Below, piece after piece: positions 13,189-24,893 of a stretch of 64,000 bases of DNA. The DNA is taken from the IMG/VR virus record IMGVR_UViG_3300044712_000786, positions 96,001-160,000 of that record; one strand, written 5' to 3'. The position numbers and the translations under genes were made by a program. The notes under the pieces were generated by a model. It was not told where the DNA came from and searched no databases. It saw only the letters and a list, made by a program, of their open reading frames with translations. The stretch is from a virus. Its lineage: Duplodnaviria; Caudoviricetes. Numbering within the stretch: the first letter of the stretch is position 1; the number at the start of each line of letters is the position of its first letter.

Positions 13189-13972
13189 ATTGAAATTGAA
13201 ATCTATACCATCTTTCTAAATTAATGGATAAGTCTCTAATGTTTATTAGCCCTAATGCCCACATATGACTTTTGTATTTGCTATGTGCGTGATTATTAAT
13301 TGCATCGTCCCCGTATATTTCTAAAAATCTACGATTCATAGTCTAAATAAGATGGGGACGGGGGGCGTTTTTCGCTTAGTACTATGCGGTTTCCCCTACT
13401 TTATTCGGAACCGCATTTCCATACCCCCGCCTCGCGTTGTCCCATCTAAAACTATCTTACTTTAAATTTTTTCTTTGTCAACGTTATCCCTGACAATTCT
13501 CTCGGCAGTCTCTTTAAGTTGCACTACAATTTGGTTTCTTCTCATAATTATATTAGTATATCCTAATTGATTCTGTATACGAAGAGAACAATGAGTCCCC
13601 CAGCATGTAGTATATCCTTTCGACCACCAGCCGTATTTAAATAAATTCTTCATAAACAAAGCGGCTTAATTCTATTACCCTAGGTCTAGTTAGACAAGGA
13701 AATTCTTCGAATATGGGGTTCATGATAACATTCATGTTAACTAAGTCATTTAGGTTACCATTAGCATCGCTAAACATTTTATCATCTATCAAACAAATAC
13801 AACTATTCATATCGTCTTTCCATAATGTCCCCCTTAATCAACATTGCTTCTGCTCTAGTTAAGCGATACTGACTCTTACTTACCTGTGCGAAAACAGTCA
13901 AACCCAATTCTATTTCTATTTTACGCTTTAGCTCGTAAAATATCTCTGAGTCTATTTTAGAATCGATGCTTT

Positions 13973-14914
13973 TCATATGCCCCTTACCTCCTTTAGGATA
14001 TCCCTGCCTAACTTAGTTATAACTCGACCCCTTTGCTCTATTCCTATCAAGTGATGCCTAAGTAAGAATATCTCTATGTCTCTTTGAACACAAGCTCGGG
14101 ACAAGCCAGTCTTAGCCGCTAGAGAGGTTAGTGAGCACTCCCCGCATTTTTCCAAAATCTCTAGCACCTGAATTTCCAAGGGGCTTAGACCCAAAGGATG
14201 AATATAAAGCTGTTTCTTAATGTCAAGCCAGTCCCCCAAGCTAAGAACATTCTCCTTAATTGATTGTAAATACAGATTTATCTTATTGCCCAGCTTAAAG
14301 GCGTCTCGACCATGGCCCCGAAATACTCTCTTAATCTCTTCCATAGCCTTGTTAGAAATGACGCTAGGAGCCGCCCCCTTACGTGCAATCTCGCAAAGCT
14401 GGTCAGTAGTATAGTCTTGCAAGTCGATACGTTCTAGACGGTCCAGAAGGGGATTAAAGACCTTTTGAATCTCGCTGGTAGCCAATAGCCAAGTAATCTT
14501 GCTAAAGTCTATATCTAGTTGCATGTCCCCGTAGACAAATACGTTCTTATTACCTTTTTCAAGGTCAAGAACTGACAAAAGATTCATTGACAAATCTTTA
14601 GGTATCTCGGAAGCTTCGTCTAAAAATAGGGTTACCTCCCTGCCTATTACCATGGGAAGGAGAACCCTATTGACGAATTGGGCAGTATTCCTAATAGTCG
14701 AACAGTTAATTCTTAGAAAAGGCTTTATCTTAGTTGGGTCAGAAGGGCAAACAAGCTCTTTAGCGAGGCACTTAGCCATACTAGTCTTGCCATTACCCTT
14801 GGGAGCAACGAAGATAGTAGGCATAAAAATGCCCGAAGCTTTATAGCCGTTGAAAGCAAAGCTTAGTTTAGACTTAGCTTCCTCTTGCCCAACTATTTCA
14901 TCAAGATTTAACAT
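13973..14914 (-). CDS. ruvB: RuvB-like AAA+ ATPase (Holliday junction branch migration)
   Basis: N-terminal LDEIVGQE, Walker A APKGNGKT, Walker B LFLDEA, C-terminal winged helix with IEIFLL...QRGR. Confidence 0.75.
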   Translation of the reverse strand: MLNLDEIVGQEEAKSKLSFAFNGYKASGIFMPTIFVAPKGNGKTSMAKCLAKELVCPSDPTKIKPFLRINCSTIRNTAQFVNRVLLPMVIGREVTLFLDEASEIPKDLSMNLLSVLDLEKGNKNVFVYGDMQLDIDFSKITWLLATSEIQKVFNPLLDRLERIDLQDYTTDQLCEIARKGAAPSVISNKAMEEIKRVFRGHGRDAFKLGNKINLYLQSIKENVLSLGDWLDIKKQLYIHPLGLSPLEIQVLEILEKCGECSLTSLAAKTGLSRACVQRDIEIFLLRHHLIGIEQRGRVITKLGRDILKEVRGI

Positions 14915-15143
14915 TAAAGTCAGTCTGAGTTACTTCAATTTGCTCCCCTATAGTTTCGGTCACGTTATGGGACGCTTTAAAGGCAATCCCATTGACCTTA
15001 TTGAAATCCGCCCACTTACGACCAACTACTATGACGGCGTCAGGCTTAAATATTCTATTAAGTTCAGCCAAACTTACTTCAAGGAAACTATATGAGCCAA
15101 GTTTTCTTCCTGACCCAACTCGCCTAGTCTTCTTTTCCATAAA

Positions 15144-16007
15144 TTACCTACGTTTAGCCGCAAAGCGCCCATTCTTGTCTCTCTTAGGGCGATAAGCGGG
15201 AATAAAGCGCCCGTTTTCGTCCCTGCGAGGCTTATAAGCCTTAATCTTGCCTACCTTGGACGAATAAAGCTTCTCTGTCAAGATGTTCCCGTTTTTCCAG
15301 TTGCCCACAACATCCATAGGAACATACTCACAGCAACGCCCCTTAGTGTTGTTGTAATCCGAAGGGATAGCGCAAACGTTTTCGGGAGCGACCTTAACGA
15401 CAATTACTTTACAATCATCCCCCTGATAACCATTAAGATAATCATAAGAGCAGAAGTGCAATCCAGTAGAGCAGGTAACATTCCTATCGGAGTCTACCTC
15501 GCTCCGCTTCATCCTAACAGGCTTGCCAATAACATGCTTATTGTGGCTACCATCGGGATTAGCGTTAAACGAGCGAAAATCGCTATCTACTTTCTTCCAC
15601 GCCAGAAAGCACCCATCATCGGTAATAGGCATCTTTCCAACTTCCAGAAAATCATAAAGCTCATTGCGAGCACTGGGAAGAGGATTCTTGTAAAGCCTAT
15701 CTAAGAACTTCACATAAGGTTGATAAGGCATCCCCTCTTGCATGAATGTAATAATGCGCTTAGTGATAGTGCTATGGACAGGCGAATTCTTATAGAAAAC
15801 CTCCCCATTAATCACCCGCACCTTTCCAAAGCTATACTTCAGAAGAGCCTTGCCAGCATCGAAACACTCTTTAAATGTCTCCCAATCCTTATTGCGCCAT
15901 GCCGTTAAAATCGAAGCCCACATGGGATGAGACTTGTTAGCGGTATAGTTTTTACCGTCAACAAAAGCGGAAATCGAATTTCCGTTATAAATTACAGATG
16001 CACTCAT
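15144..16007 (-). CDS. rIIB: rIIB-like protein
   Basis: ELYDFL..GKMPITDDGCFLAWKKV, CSTGLHFCSYDYL and IPSDYNNTKGRCCEY motifs; downstream of rIIA. Confidence 0.85.
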   Translation of the reverse strand: MSASVIYNGNSISAFVDGKNYTANKSHPMWASILTAWRNKDWETFKECFDAGKALLKYSFGKVRVINGEVFYKNSPVHSTITKRIITFMQEGMPYQPYVKFLDRLYKNPLPSARNELYDFLEVGKMPITDDGCFLAWKKVDSDFRSFNANPDGSHNKHVIGKPVRMKRSEVDSDRNVTCSTGLHFCSYDYLNGYQGDDCKVIVVKVAPENVCAIPSDYNNTKGRCCEYVPMDVVGNWKNGNILTEKLYSSKVGKIKAYKPRRDENGRFIPAYRPKRDKNGRFAAKRR

Positions 16008-16013
16008 ATTCCA

Positions 16014-16041
16014 ATTTTAAATTAAATTTTTAAACAGTCAA
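16014..16041 (-). promoter_or_regulatory. sigma70-like promoter of rIIB
   Basis: TTGACT-N16-TAAAAT, 6 nt before the ATG. Confidence 0.75.
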
Positions 16042-18150
16042 GCTTTTCTCGACCAAGTTGATATAATCTACAAACAGTTGCATATCATTCTCTTTCACCT
16101 GCCAGCTATGGTTGAAATGAGACTCGAAAACTCGCATTAAAGGATAATGCTGGCGAAGATTCTCTAAAACCTTATCCATCTTAATGCGGGGCTTGCCACC
16201 TTTAGCTAGACTAGACTTGTCTAGATAAATAGAGTCGCAAACTTCTTCAATTGCACTTAGCTTATCGTTAGCAATCTTTAGCTTGATAAACTCTCTAATT
16301 GCGCCAGCTAGGGCAGAGTTTTTACCAATCCCCCGAAACTTATGGTCAGTAACAAAGTTTGTATCATACTCTTCAGAGTCAGCAATATACTGAGACAAAT
16401 CATTAGTTTCAAGGTAGCGCTTTACGGTATCTACAATAAAGGTGTGCAAGTTAATCCAACCCTTGCCAATCTTCCCGCTTTGAGAGACTTTAAAACCGTA
16501 GATAGTAGGGACAGGAGTAAACTTGCTCAAAGATTTAATAATATCTTTTAAACTTCCGCTACTATATTCACTGCTACCGAATTTAGCTTTGTAACGGTCA
16601 AGGATGATATAGACCCCCGTTCCATTCTTTAAGTCAGCAGAAGCAATATCCCAGCAAGCTTTCTTATCTGCCCGATATCCCGTATGACCAGTTACATTGA
16701 AAGTAAAAACCTTACTAAGATTCTTGGCGTCAACATAGCCACCCCCGCGAGACTCCTTAGGAGGTTCGGGCAGAGTAGTAGCATCCCCAAAGATAGGGGC
16801 TCCTTCCAGTCCCCATTCTTTGATAATTAGCCTAGCGTCGGCGTCATTATTAGCTTTAACTAGGAAGACATATCGGTGCTCGTTTTCCTTAGTAAAGTGA
16901 CGAATCTTAGATACTAGCCGCTTGATATTGTCAGATTTCTTAACAATAAATACCTTGTTATCGTCATTTACCCGCAGTTCGGAAGTCTCTACCCTTACAA
17001 CTTTATCCCTGCGACCCAAAGCAAACCTCTCTATAGAACAAATAATCTGATGCTTGCTCTTAAAATCATCGGGCAGATGGAATAGAGTAGAACGAATGGT
17101 TACCCCATTAAAAGTAAAGGGGATACTATTAATTACATTCCTTAAGCTGCCTAGAAATAGCTCGCTATTATGCAATTCATGCCAGAGGGAACGAATTTCC
17201 CATAAGCTGGCGCATTGACCAATCCTAGTAACAATGCCAGCGCCAATTTCAGCTTGGACAATATCTAACTGAGCTTTAATGGCGGTCTTAGTCTTGTCGG
17301 TATATCGCAACATTTCACGATTAGCCGCAAAATCCAGAGACCCAAGGGGACAGCGCAAACGCAAGCCAGCTTCAATCAAGCTTTGATGTTCAGGCGTGCA
17401 TCCCAAAGCTTTAGCGTCAATAGGATAAGCAACGTTGCCCATTACCGCCACGGGTTGAGAATCACGATATACTTCCCAATTAGTTCCCTTAAAGTCAGGA
17501 CTAGAATAGTCGCAAGTATTATCCCACTCTTCTTTGCTGATGCCAGTTATAACAGGCTTAATATCAAAAAATTGGAAAACATAAGCCGCTTCCCGCCGAA
17601 TGTCATAAAAATCAGCTTCATCAATAGGAATGATAATCTCAATTCCATTATGCTCATTGGTAGGGGTAGAATCCATCTTGGCTATTTTACCTACTTGAGA
17701 TTCATCGATAAAGGCTGTATAGAAAGTCTTTAGCCCATTATAGTAACTGACAATAGAGAAGGAGTCGGCATAAGCGAAAGCGGACTTGGAACCAATTCCC
17801 AAAGCTCCCGTAGTCAAGTTGTTACCACGCTTAGTAGACTTGCAATACTTAACATAAGTATTCTCAATGTCATTTTCGGACATTCCAATACCAAAATCAC
17901 GAATACGCAATTCGGGCTCTAAAGCATTAGGAAGATGGACACGAATAGGAAGGGTAGGGGTGCCAGCTTCTATATGGGAGTCGGTACTATTTGTTGAGTA
18001 TTCTCTAACAATTGCTTGGTTTTTATTAGAATATAAGGAGTTACGTAAAATAAACAACAGCATCGGAAAATCTTGAACATCTACCCCAAAATCTTTGGTA
18101 GTAAAATTTCCCTCAGACTCAATTGTTACTTTAGCCTGTTCAAATATCAT
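16030..18150 (-). CDS. rIIA: rIIA-like protein (N-terminal GHKL/HATPase domain)
   Basis: LYSNKNQAIVREYSTNSTDSH, IRDFGIGMS, STKR, GALGIGSKSAFAY. Confidence 0.85.
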   Translation of the reverse strand: MIFEQAKVTIESEGNFTTKDFGVDVQDFPMLLFILRNSLYSNKNQAIVREYSTNSTDSHIEAGTPTLPIRVHLPNALEPELRIRDFGIGMSENDIENTYVKYCKSTKRGNNLTTGALGIGSKSAFAYADSFSIVSYYNGLKTFYTAFIDESQVGKIAKMDSTPTNEHNGIEIIIPIDEADFYDIRREAAYVFQFFDIKPVITGISKEEWDNTCDYSSPDFKGTNWEVYRDSQPVAVMGNVAYPIDAKALGCTPEHQSLIEAGLRLRCPLGSLDFAANREMLRYTDKTKTAIKAQLDIVQAEIGAGIVTRIGQCASLWEIRSLWHELHNSELFLGSLRNVINSIPFTFNGVTIRSTLFHLPDDFKSKHQIICSIERFALGRRDKVVRVETSELRVNDDNKVFIVKKSDNIKRLVSKIRHFTKENEHRYVFLVKANNDADARLIIKEWGLEGAPIFGDATTLPEPPKESRGGGYVDAKNLSKVFTFNVTGHTGYRADKKACWDIASADLKNGTGVYIILDRYKAKFGSSEYSSGSLKDIIKSLSKFTPVPTIYGFKVSQSGKIGKGWINLHTFIVDTVKRYLETNDLSQYIADSEEYDTNFVTDHKFRGIGKNSALAGAIREFIKLKIANDKLSAIEEVCDSIYLDKSSLAKGGKPRIKMDKVLENLRQHYPLMRVFESHFNHSWQVKENDMQLFVDYINLVEKSLTV

Positions 18151-18156
18151 ATTTAA

Positions 18157-18184
18157 ATTTTAATAAATATTTTTGAAAATGCAA
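18157..18184 (-). promoter_or_regulatory. sigma70-like promoter of rIIA
   Basis: TTGCAT-N16-TAAAAT, 6 nt before the ATG. Confidence 0.7.
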
Positions 18185-18227
18185 TCAATTTTTTCACAAA
18201 TCTAACCATTGGTGTAAATATTCTCGG

Positions 18228-18920
18228 ATGAATAGCAAAATTTGCACCAAATGTCTTATTAATAAACCTTTAGATGAATTTGCGAAAGACTCTCGGGGGA
18301 GACTTGGGAGACGGTCTGATTGTAAGATATGTAATTGCGAAAGGAGCAAACGATATCAAAAGCTTCACCTAGAGCAAGTATTAGCAAAAAATAGAGCATG
18401 GGTATCAAAAAATTTAGACCATGTAAAAGAATATAGAAGGAAAAATTTACCTCGCGATAGAGAAAGGACCAGACTAAGATATGCTAACGACGAAACGTTT
18501 CGTATTAAAAAAATAAAAAACGCACGAGAATTCAGAAAAGACCCCAATAATAAACAAAAAATTCTCAGCACCCAAAGAAAACTCGCGAAAGAGTATAGAA
18601 AGAATCCTATATGGCGTATTAAAGCTAATCTCAGACGTAGATTATGTTTTGTTCTACATGGAAAACGTAAAGCTGAACACACTTTTAATCTAATCGGTTG
18701 CACTTTAGAACAACTAAAACAGCATCTTGAATCTCAATTTACAGAAGGTATGCGTTGGGATAATTATGGTAGAAATGGCTGGCATATAGACCATATTAAA
18801 CCATGCGATGCATTTGACTTTTCTAAACCAGAAGACCAAAAGGCTTGTTTTCATTATACTAACTTACGGCCATTATGGGCTAAGGATAACCTATCTAAGG
18901 GTTCAAAAATTATATCCTGA
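18228..18920 (+). CDS. HNH homing endonuclease
   Basis: N-terminal CTKC...CKIC; C-terminal WHIDHIKPCDAFD...FHYTNLRPLWAKDNLSKG; opposite strand to its neighbours. Confidence 0.85.
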   Translation: MNSKICTKCLINKPLDEFAKDSRGRLGRRSDCKICNCERSKRYQKLHLEQVLAKNRAWVSKNLDHVKEYRRKNLPRDRERTRLRYANDETFRIKKIKNAREFRKDPNNKQKILSTQRKLAKEYRKNPIWRIKANLRRRLCFVLHGKRKAEHTFNLIGCTLEQLKQHLESQFTEGMRWDNYGRNGWHIDHIKPCDAFDFSKPEDQKACFHYTNLRPLWAKDNLSKGSKIIS

Positions 18921-19204
18921 TATTATTTTACCGCTAAGCTTCGCTTCATAAGTAATAACGGTAACATAAGATACTAAGTTAATGCCTCTACGTAAACCCG
19001 CTAGACGCACTTCATAAGAGAAATCCTGATATTGATTTACATCCTGCTCAGAATCATATCTGACAATAAACCTAACGGATTTCCCCATATATCCCAGCAA
19101 TTATTAAATGCATGTTAACCAAAGAGCTAGTATTCATCCCCGCGTTCCAAATGGGCTGTCCTAACCCAGCAGCGTAAAAAACCCCAGTTCCTAGAAATAA
19201 GACT

Positions 19205-19756
19205 TTATTTGCTAGGGGTTTCATTAATCCCAAGAAGTTGTAAGGTCTTCTCCCACATGTCTTTATCTACGAAAAACATGAATCCATTAGAGCAGTCCAA
19301 CCAACCCACGGTCTCCAGCCCCCACTTAGGAGGTTCCTTTTGAAAATGGATATCCAAGTTAATAAACTCTTTTGAACGATAGTTCCCCGCAGCTAGGGTT
19401 TTAATATGTTCCTGAATATCCTTAGCGTGAGCTTTATGGCAAAGGTAATAGACAGTAGGCTTGCCTTCTTTAATTACTAATGAACCCGTGATAATCTTCT
19501 CTCTGTTTTCGATAAGGAAAGATAGGCAGGACGGGACAATGCCCCATTCAAACTCAGAGCTTCCCATATAATCGAAGGAGAAGATGTTTCTAATTGCGTC
19601 CATTCCTTCTTTAGAAATGCCTCCGTTTTTCAACCCCCCGCCAAAGCTAAAAGGATTGTCTTGTATTCCGAGCTTTTCATGAAATACTTGGGGGGCATTC
19701 AACCTTTGAACTAGCCAACTACGGTCCAGCTTCTCTTTGAAATAAAATTTATCCAT
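19205..19756 (-). CDS. Conserved hypothetical phage protein
   Basis: 183 aa ORF with FGGGLKNGG and FDYMGSSEFEWG motifs. Confidence 0.6.
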   Translation of the reverse strand: MDKFYFKEKLDRSWLVQRLNAPQVFHEKLGIQDNPFSFGGGLKNGGISKEGMDAIRNIFSFDYMGSSEFEWGIVPSCLSFLIENREKIITGSLVIKEGKPTVYYLCHKAHAKDIQEHIKTLAAGNYRSKEFINLDIHFQKEPPKWGLETVGWLDCSNGFMFFVDKDMWEKTLQLLGINETPSK

Positions 19757-22727
19757 ATTTAGTTTTTAAAGTCCACCAGCAATCTTGGCATACATATTCG
19801 GGTCCAAGCTTTCTATAATTATAACCGACTTTTTTGCAACGTAAACAAGATTCTTCGTGTTTTAAAAGGGGGGAATCGTGCTTTTGAAGTTTGGGAAGTA
19901 TAGCGGGATGCATACAAACATTATGCCCGTCATTCCAAAGACAGCCAGTATGGTCATTAACGCACATTCCTTCTATGTCGTTAGTAACATTCGTTTCGGC
20001 TAAACGAAGACAACGTTCTGTGCCTTGCCAGCTATGAGTGTTCATGCCCCCAATCCTACCCGCTATTTTTTAAAAAGCAAATTAAAAATCGAAATTCGTA
20101 ATCCCATTGGAGCGAAGAAGGGTTATGACTAAATCAGTTGCCGACATAGGAAGACGTAAGCCTTTACGATAAAGCGCGCTGTATAATTCATTATACTCAA
20201 TAGCGCTGCTACTATCGTTAAATCGAATAGCATTGGAAACAATACGGTTAGAGTTCATAGTCAACTACTTTATTCTTTATATCTTGCCTGAGGTTCTCTG
20301 TTAATCTATTATCAGCTATACTCTTAAAAAGATAACGGCCAAGAGCAATCCTAAATGAATTAAACCTCTCTAGGTCTTCGGAGTCATTATCTAGACGAAC
20401 AGTAAGTTTAAGGGAATTCATTGTTAATCACACGCGAAATATTGGAAAGTAATTGAGAAATATCCAAAGATGGAGCTAGCTTATACCCAAATGCTAGCAG
20501 CAAAAGTTGTCTATACTCGCTCATATTTGCCGTATCATCTAAACGGACAATCACTTTAAGCGGGTTCATTTACAGTTTGAATACTAAGGTTTTCCCTACT
20601 GTCTTACATCGCCAGCCATCGGAAACGCAAGAATTACCCAATGCTTCTAGAATTACTCTGAATGTCTGAGCTTCCGCTTGAGTAAGTTCTACCGCATCGC
20701 CTTCTTCCATATGTTCGGCGAGAAGTATAAGGCTATTTAGCTTTGTTCTTCTTTGGGGCTTTCCTCGGGGCTTTCTTAGACCCTTTATTACAGTATAAGT
20801 CTGCATGTATTGTAGCCAGTGCATGTTTCGGACTTAATCCACTAAAGTTATATTGGGGTTTTACTCCAATTAAATCCTTCCAACCATCCGAAGGCTTTTC
20901 TTCTGAATCTCCATCCATCCAATAACGGGCGGCAATCGCTTCCCTTCCTACATCGAAAGTCCACTCCCTAGACTCGTTTTCTTCTTCGCTTAAAGTTTCT
21001 TCTTGCGTATTGTTATAGATTTCTTCAGATGATAAGTCTTCTTCTAGAACCTTAATACTCGCATCTATTTTATCCCAATTACTATCCCCGAAAGCCGTCC
21101 TCTCGGGAATGAGAGGCTTGATTTCTTTCAGCTTGGCTATTTCAGCTAGAACTTCTTTATTAGTCTTCATATATTAACGTCAAATTCTCATTAGCTTCAT
21201 TCATTATAACCGTATGATATGATAATATGCCATAAGAGAAGCGTATCCCCGAATCTACGATAGCGATTTTCATCGATAAATATTCGGCGGTATCATCATG
21301 GGTATCATACCTTACTTGCTCTTTTATACTATCCATGTAATATTCACGCCTACTTCCACCAATTAGGGTCTACGGCAGCTAAAGCATCGCCTAATTCTTT
21401 AGGGGATACCCAAGCTAAGTCAGCGTAGGTATGTTCGTCATTGTCATTAGGCATATCGGTAACTAACCTAAGGCAACGGTGATTTTTAGTTAAATGAGCT
21501 ACCGTGCGTAGAAATTGCTCTAATTTTTCTTTATCGTGAATTTGTTTCATAACGGCTTCTTAGACGCAGCTTTGCAAGCTTTGCACATTTTAGGATACAT
21601 AAGCTCATAATTAAAGAACACTGCATCAAACATAATTAATTTGCCGCCCGATATCCCACATAGGGCCTTACTTCTAGATAGTCTTTTATACTTATCCGCA
21701 TCAACGAAGTGCCGAATTGTGCCACGGCGAGAACCGACAGTTACTAAGTTCATGCTCTCTCTTCGTTTATATTAAAATACTCGGCAGCTACCTTTCTAGC
21801 ATACTCATAGCACCTATCTCGTTCTACAGCCGCCCTAGTCCATTCGTTTTTAGCTCGCTTGCTAGAACCGCTTCGCCCCGAAACATCGCACAGCCTTTGA
21901 CTATACCTCTCAGCTTTTCGGAGGCTTCTAACTGCTAAGTATAGTTGTTCTAGGCTATCTATGTCTTTCATTTGTATTTAAAACATTCTCCATCTTTACA
22001 TTTGAACATTTCGCCCACGATGAATGTATGAGCAGGAATATAGGCTAATACAGCCGTATAAGGCCCCCCTTCTATCTTCTCCCCATTCTTTAGAAAGGTT
22101 TCTATATCCTTCATGGCCTCTTGCTTAGAGCGATATGTCCTAGAGTAAATTGTTACTTGCCCATACTTATCGTATCCAATATAACTCCACCCAAGAAATT
22201 CATCAATCCTTACTTGCCTTGTATTAGTAATTTTCTTCTTTTCAGGGATACGGGGGGTATCCTTCCAATGACAATTGTGGCAATAGAATTGAAGCTTTCG
22301 ACCTACGCACCACCTATCCCCAATATCTTCAGAGCCGCATTCAGGACAAGTTTTCATTTTTAAAAAGTTTCCAAGCTAACGCTCCCATAAAAATCACTAT
22401 TCCTGTAGCAAATATCTCTATTCCCACGCTAAAGAATAATCGGACAATAAAGGGCACTACTTCGTCTGGAACAGAAACAAAAGATTCGTATGATAATGCG
22501 GTAAAAACTAACCAAACCCCGAAACAGATTAATACTGCAATGTATTTCATACCCCTAGTCTCGCAGATATTTTTTAAAATGCAATAAAAAATCGTGAGTT
22601 CTCCCCGATATCATATCGCAATCAAACGGGGGAATAGTTATCTCATTACTCAACAAAGCTTCCCACGAATGAGAAAACTCTTTAAGACTATCAGAAGTAT
22701 CTAAACGAACTATCCTATTTAAGGGCT

Positions 22728-23372
22728 TCATATCTTAGTACAATAATACATAGAAGAGGGGCCATCAACGACTTCTTCTATTTTAAAGCGGGGGGATAAT
22801 ATATCCCTATATTCTTCCTGAGAAATCCAATCAAAGGTAGTTAGATGAGGCTCTAGCCCCGAAGATGTTTGTATATGATGAATCTTATCACCATCCATAA
22901 AAGTGACTTCCATATACCTTCTATTATTTAAGCTATAGCGCCTCGCCTTAGGTTCAGAAGAAGGTTTGCGCCCGAAGGTATTAAACACAAACATACCTCC
23001 AGCAACTAATTTATTAGCTAAGTCTTTGGCATCTATCTCTTTAAGCCAATAATTCACACCTTGACGGCACACGATTAAATCAAATGGCGCGTCTATCTCC
23101 TTAAGCCACCGTTGGATAGAACAATTATGGTATCCAAACTTATGAGAAACATGAGCTTTAAATTCATCGGGCACCATTAAAGGCTCTTGGTCTACTAAAG
23201 CAACAAAATTAGCCCCATGACTCAAAGCATATTGAGATAATAACCCATTTCCACAGCATAAGTCAGCAACGTCCTTACCCTTAATATCCGTCTTAGCGAA
23301 GAATGCCTCGGGGCCTTTCTTTAAGAAACGTGCATAAAGAGCTTGATAAGTTTGATAAGCGGGATATCTCAT
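22728..23372 (-). CDS. Class I SAM-dependent methyltransferase
   Basis: VADLCCGNG motif I, LVDQ motif II, FDLIVCRQ, GGMFVFNT. Confidence 0.85.
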   Translation of the reverse strand: MRYPAYQTYQALYARFLKKGPEAFFAKTDIKGKDVADLCCGNGLLSQYALSHGANFVALVDQEPLMVPDEFKAHVSHKFGYHNCSIQRWLKEIDAPFDLIVCRQGVNYWLKEIDAKDLANKLVAGGMFVFNTFGRKPSSEPKARRYSLNNRRYMEVTFMDGDKIHHIQTSSGLEPHLTTFDWISQEEYRDILSPRFKIEEVVDGPSSMYYCTKI

Positions 23373-24463
23373 ATTCTATTCCCATTTTTATCTAACAAGA
23401 GGAAACAGCCATGGTCTTGGATGTTAAAAGAACTAAGTATATCTCTTTGAGAATCCCTAACCGTACCTGCGATAGCATAAGGCAACGTAGGCAATTCGGG
23501 TAGCTGCCTATGGAAATGAACGATAGCTTTAACACTTTTGTTTTTCTTAAATAACCAATGCAATAAAGGCGCATTAAGAGTAGCTTTAGCGCCACCAGTG
23601 CAAACCTCACGCAAGTCATGTTTAACAGCGTATACGGGAACTAAATCTTCTAACTCTCTCTTGCCCCTTCCAGTAGTCAAGAAGGCTAGACTCTCTGTTT
23701 CATAGCGAACGGCTATAGTCCCAAATACATATCCTTCGGGAGTTGCCTTAAATTCCTCTTTATAGGTCTCTGCCAGTTTATGGAAAGTGCTCTGTTCGCT
23801 TAAATAGTCGGTTGTTCTACCCCAGACTTCCGTTTTATAGTATTGGTCTTTGACACACGTAATTACAAAATCAACTATTTCTCGATTACTCATAACGTGT
23901 TCCCCACGCTCTTTGGTAACCGCATACTTAGTAAGCAAATCTTTAGCGTCATTAGCAAAAACAGCCGTTGCTTTAGATTCCAATAAAACTCCGTAAGCAG
24001 CACTAATTAACTCTTCATGAGTAACTTCGGATAACAGTTTAAAGCCAAACAAGTGAGTCTTGGGGGCTACCTTTTTAACTTCATCGATAACTCTAGGAGC
24101 AATTGTAAAATCAATAGGTATAACATCCCCCACTTTATAATTATGAGAGGGAAACTTCCCTCTAATAGCATTAAGAGGAATTAAATTGGCTACAGCAGCC
24201 CCAAGAATTACAGCGTCCATTTTGGGAGCTAGCTCTTTTACTTTGTCAATATAGTCATGAATACCACAATGCTTAATTAATGTCATTCTATGGGGATGAA
24301 AAGGAGCTTTAGCTTCAGGACTAGAAAGATACGTAACCTTACAATCCTCTAGACAGAATCTATCCGCTAAATCCGCCATTAACCCACCCTTAAACTTATT
24401 AGTGATGATTTTTACTGCATCTAAATGAGCGTGAACAGGACCACCAGTAATTAAGACTTTCAC
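23369..24463 (-). CDS. CoaB-like (phosphopantothenate-cysteine ligase fold) domain fused to a class II aldolase/adducin domain
   Basis: N-terminal ITGGP..HLDAVKIITNKFKG, GAAVA, GFKL; C-terminal GTIAVR..FLTTGRGK, AIVHFH, DHGCF. Confidence 0.7.
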   Translation of the reverse strand: MKVLITGGPVHAHLDAVKIITNKFKGGLMADLADRFCLEDCKVTYLSSPEAKAPFHPHRMTLIKHCGIHDYIDKVKELAPKMDAVILGAAVANLIPLNAIRGKFPSHNYKVGDVIPIDFTIAPRVIDEVKKVAPKTHLFGFKLLSEVTHEELISAAYGVLLESKATAVFANDAKDLLTKYAVTKERGEHVMSNREIVDFVITCVKDQYYKTEVWGRTTDYLSEQSTFHKLAETYKEEFKATPEGYVFGTIAVRYETESLAFLTTGRGKRELEDLVPVYAVKHDLREVCTGGAKATLNAPLLHWLFKKNKSVKAIVHFHRQLPELPTLPYAIAGTVRDSQRDILSSFNIQDHGCFLLLDKNGNRI

Positions 24464-24876
24464 TTAGTTCCTTTCTCGGAGAACTTACTAAAATAGCGCA
24501 AGGGTCTCCAAAGATGATTATTAACCCAAAAGCCCCACTTACGATAGGGACGACTGCAAAGAAGAATAGTCCAAGCCCCACCTTCGGGAATTTCTAAACG
24601 GTGCTGTTTATCTCCCCTAGCATACCATATAGAAGGAGCTTTAATATGTCTACTGCCATCGGGGGTAACATTAGTATAGCTACCTTTGAATAAGATGCTT
24701 ATAAAATCAAAAGGATGGTCATGAAAATGGGGACCAACGTCAGAACCAATCCAGTGATGCAATCTTATTGAATAACCAAACAAGATAAGCGACCAACGGC
24801 GAAGATAAACTTTATCGCCCTGAGTCAGGGTCTCGCGCCTGAATTGAAAAGCTTTAAATTGTTGATAATTACTCAT
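24460..24876 (-). CDS. Cupin-fold metalloprotein (dioxygenase-like)
   Basis: RLHHW...HFHDHPFDFISILFKGSY and HRLE motifs; start moved to MSNY because the longer ORF overlaps the tRNA-like RNA. Confidence 0.75.
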   Translation of the reverse strand: MSNYQQFKAFQFRRETLTQGDKVYLRRWSLILFGYSIRLHHWIGSDVGPHFHDHPFDFISILFKGSYTNVTPDGSRHIKAPSIWYARGDKQHRLEIPEGGAWTILLCSRPYRKWGFWVNNHLWRPLRYFSKFSEKGTK

Positions 24877-24893
24877 GTTCAAACTTAAAGGAC

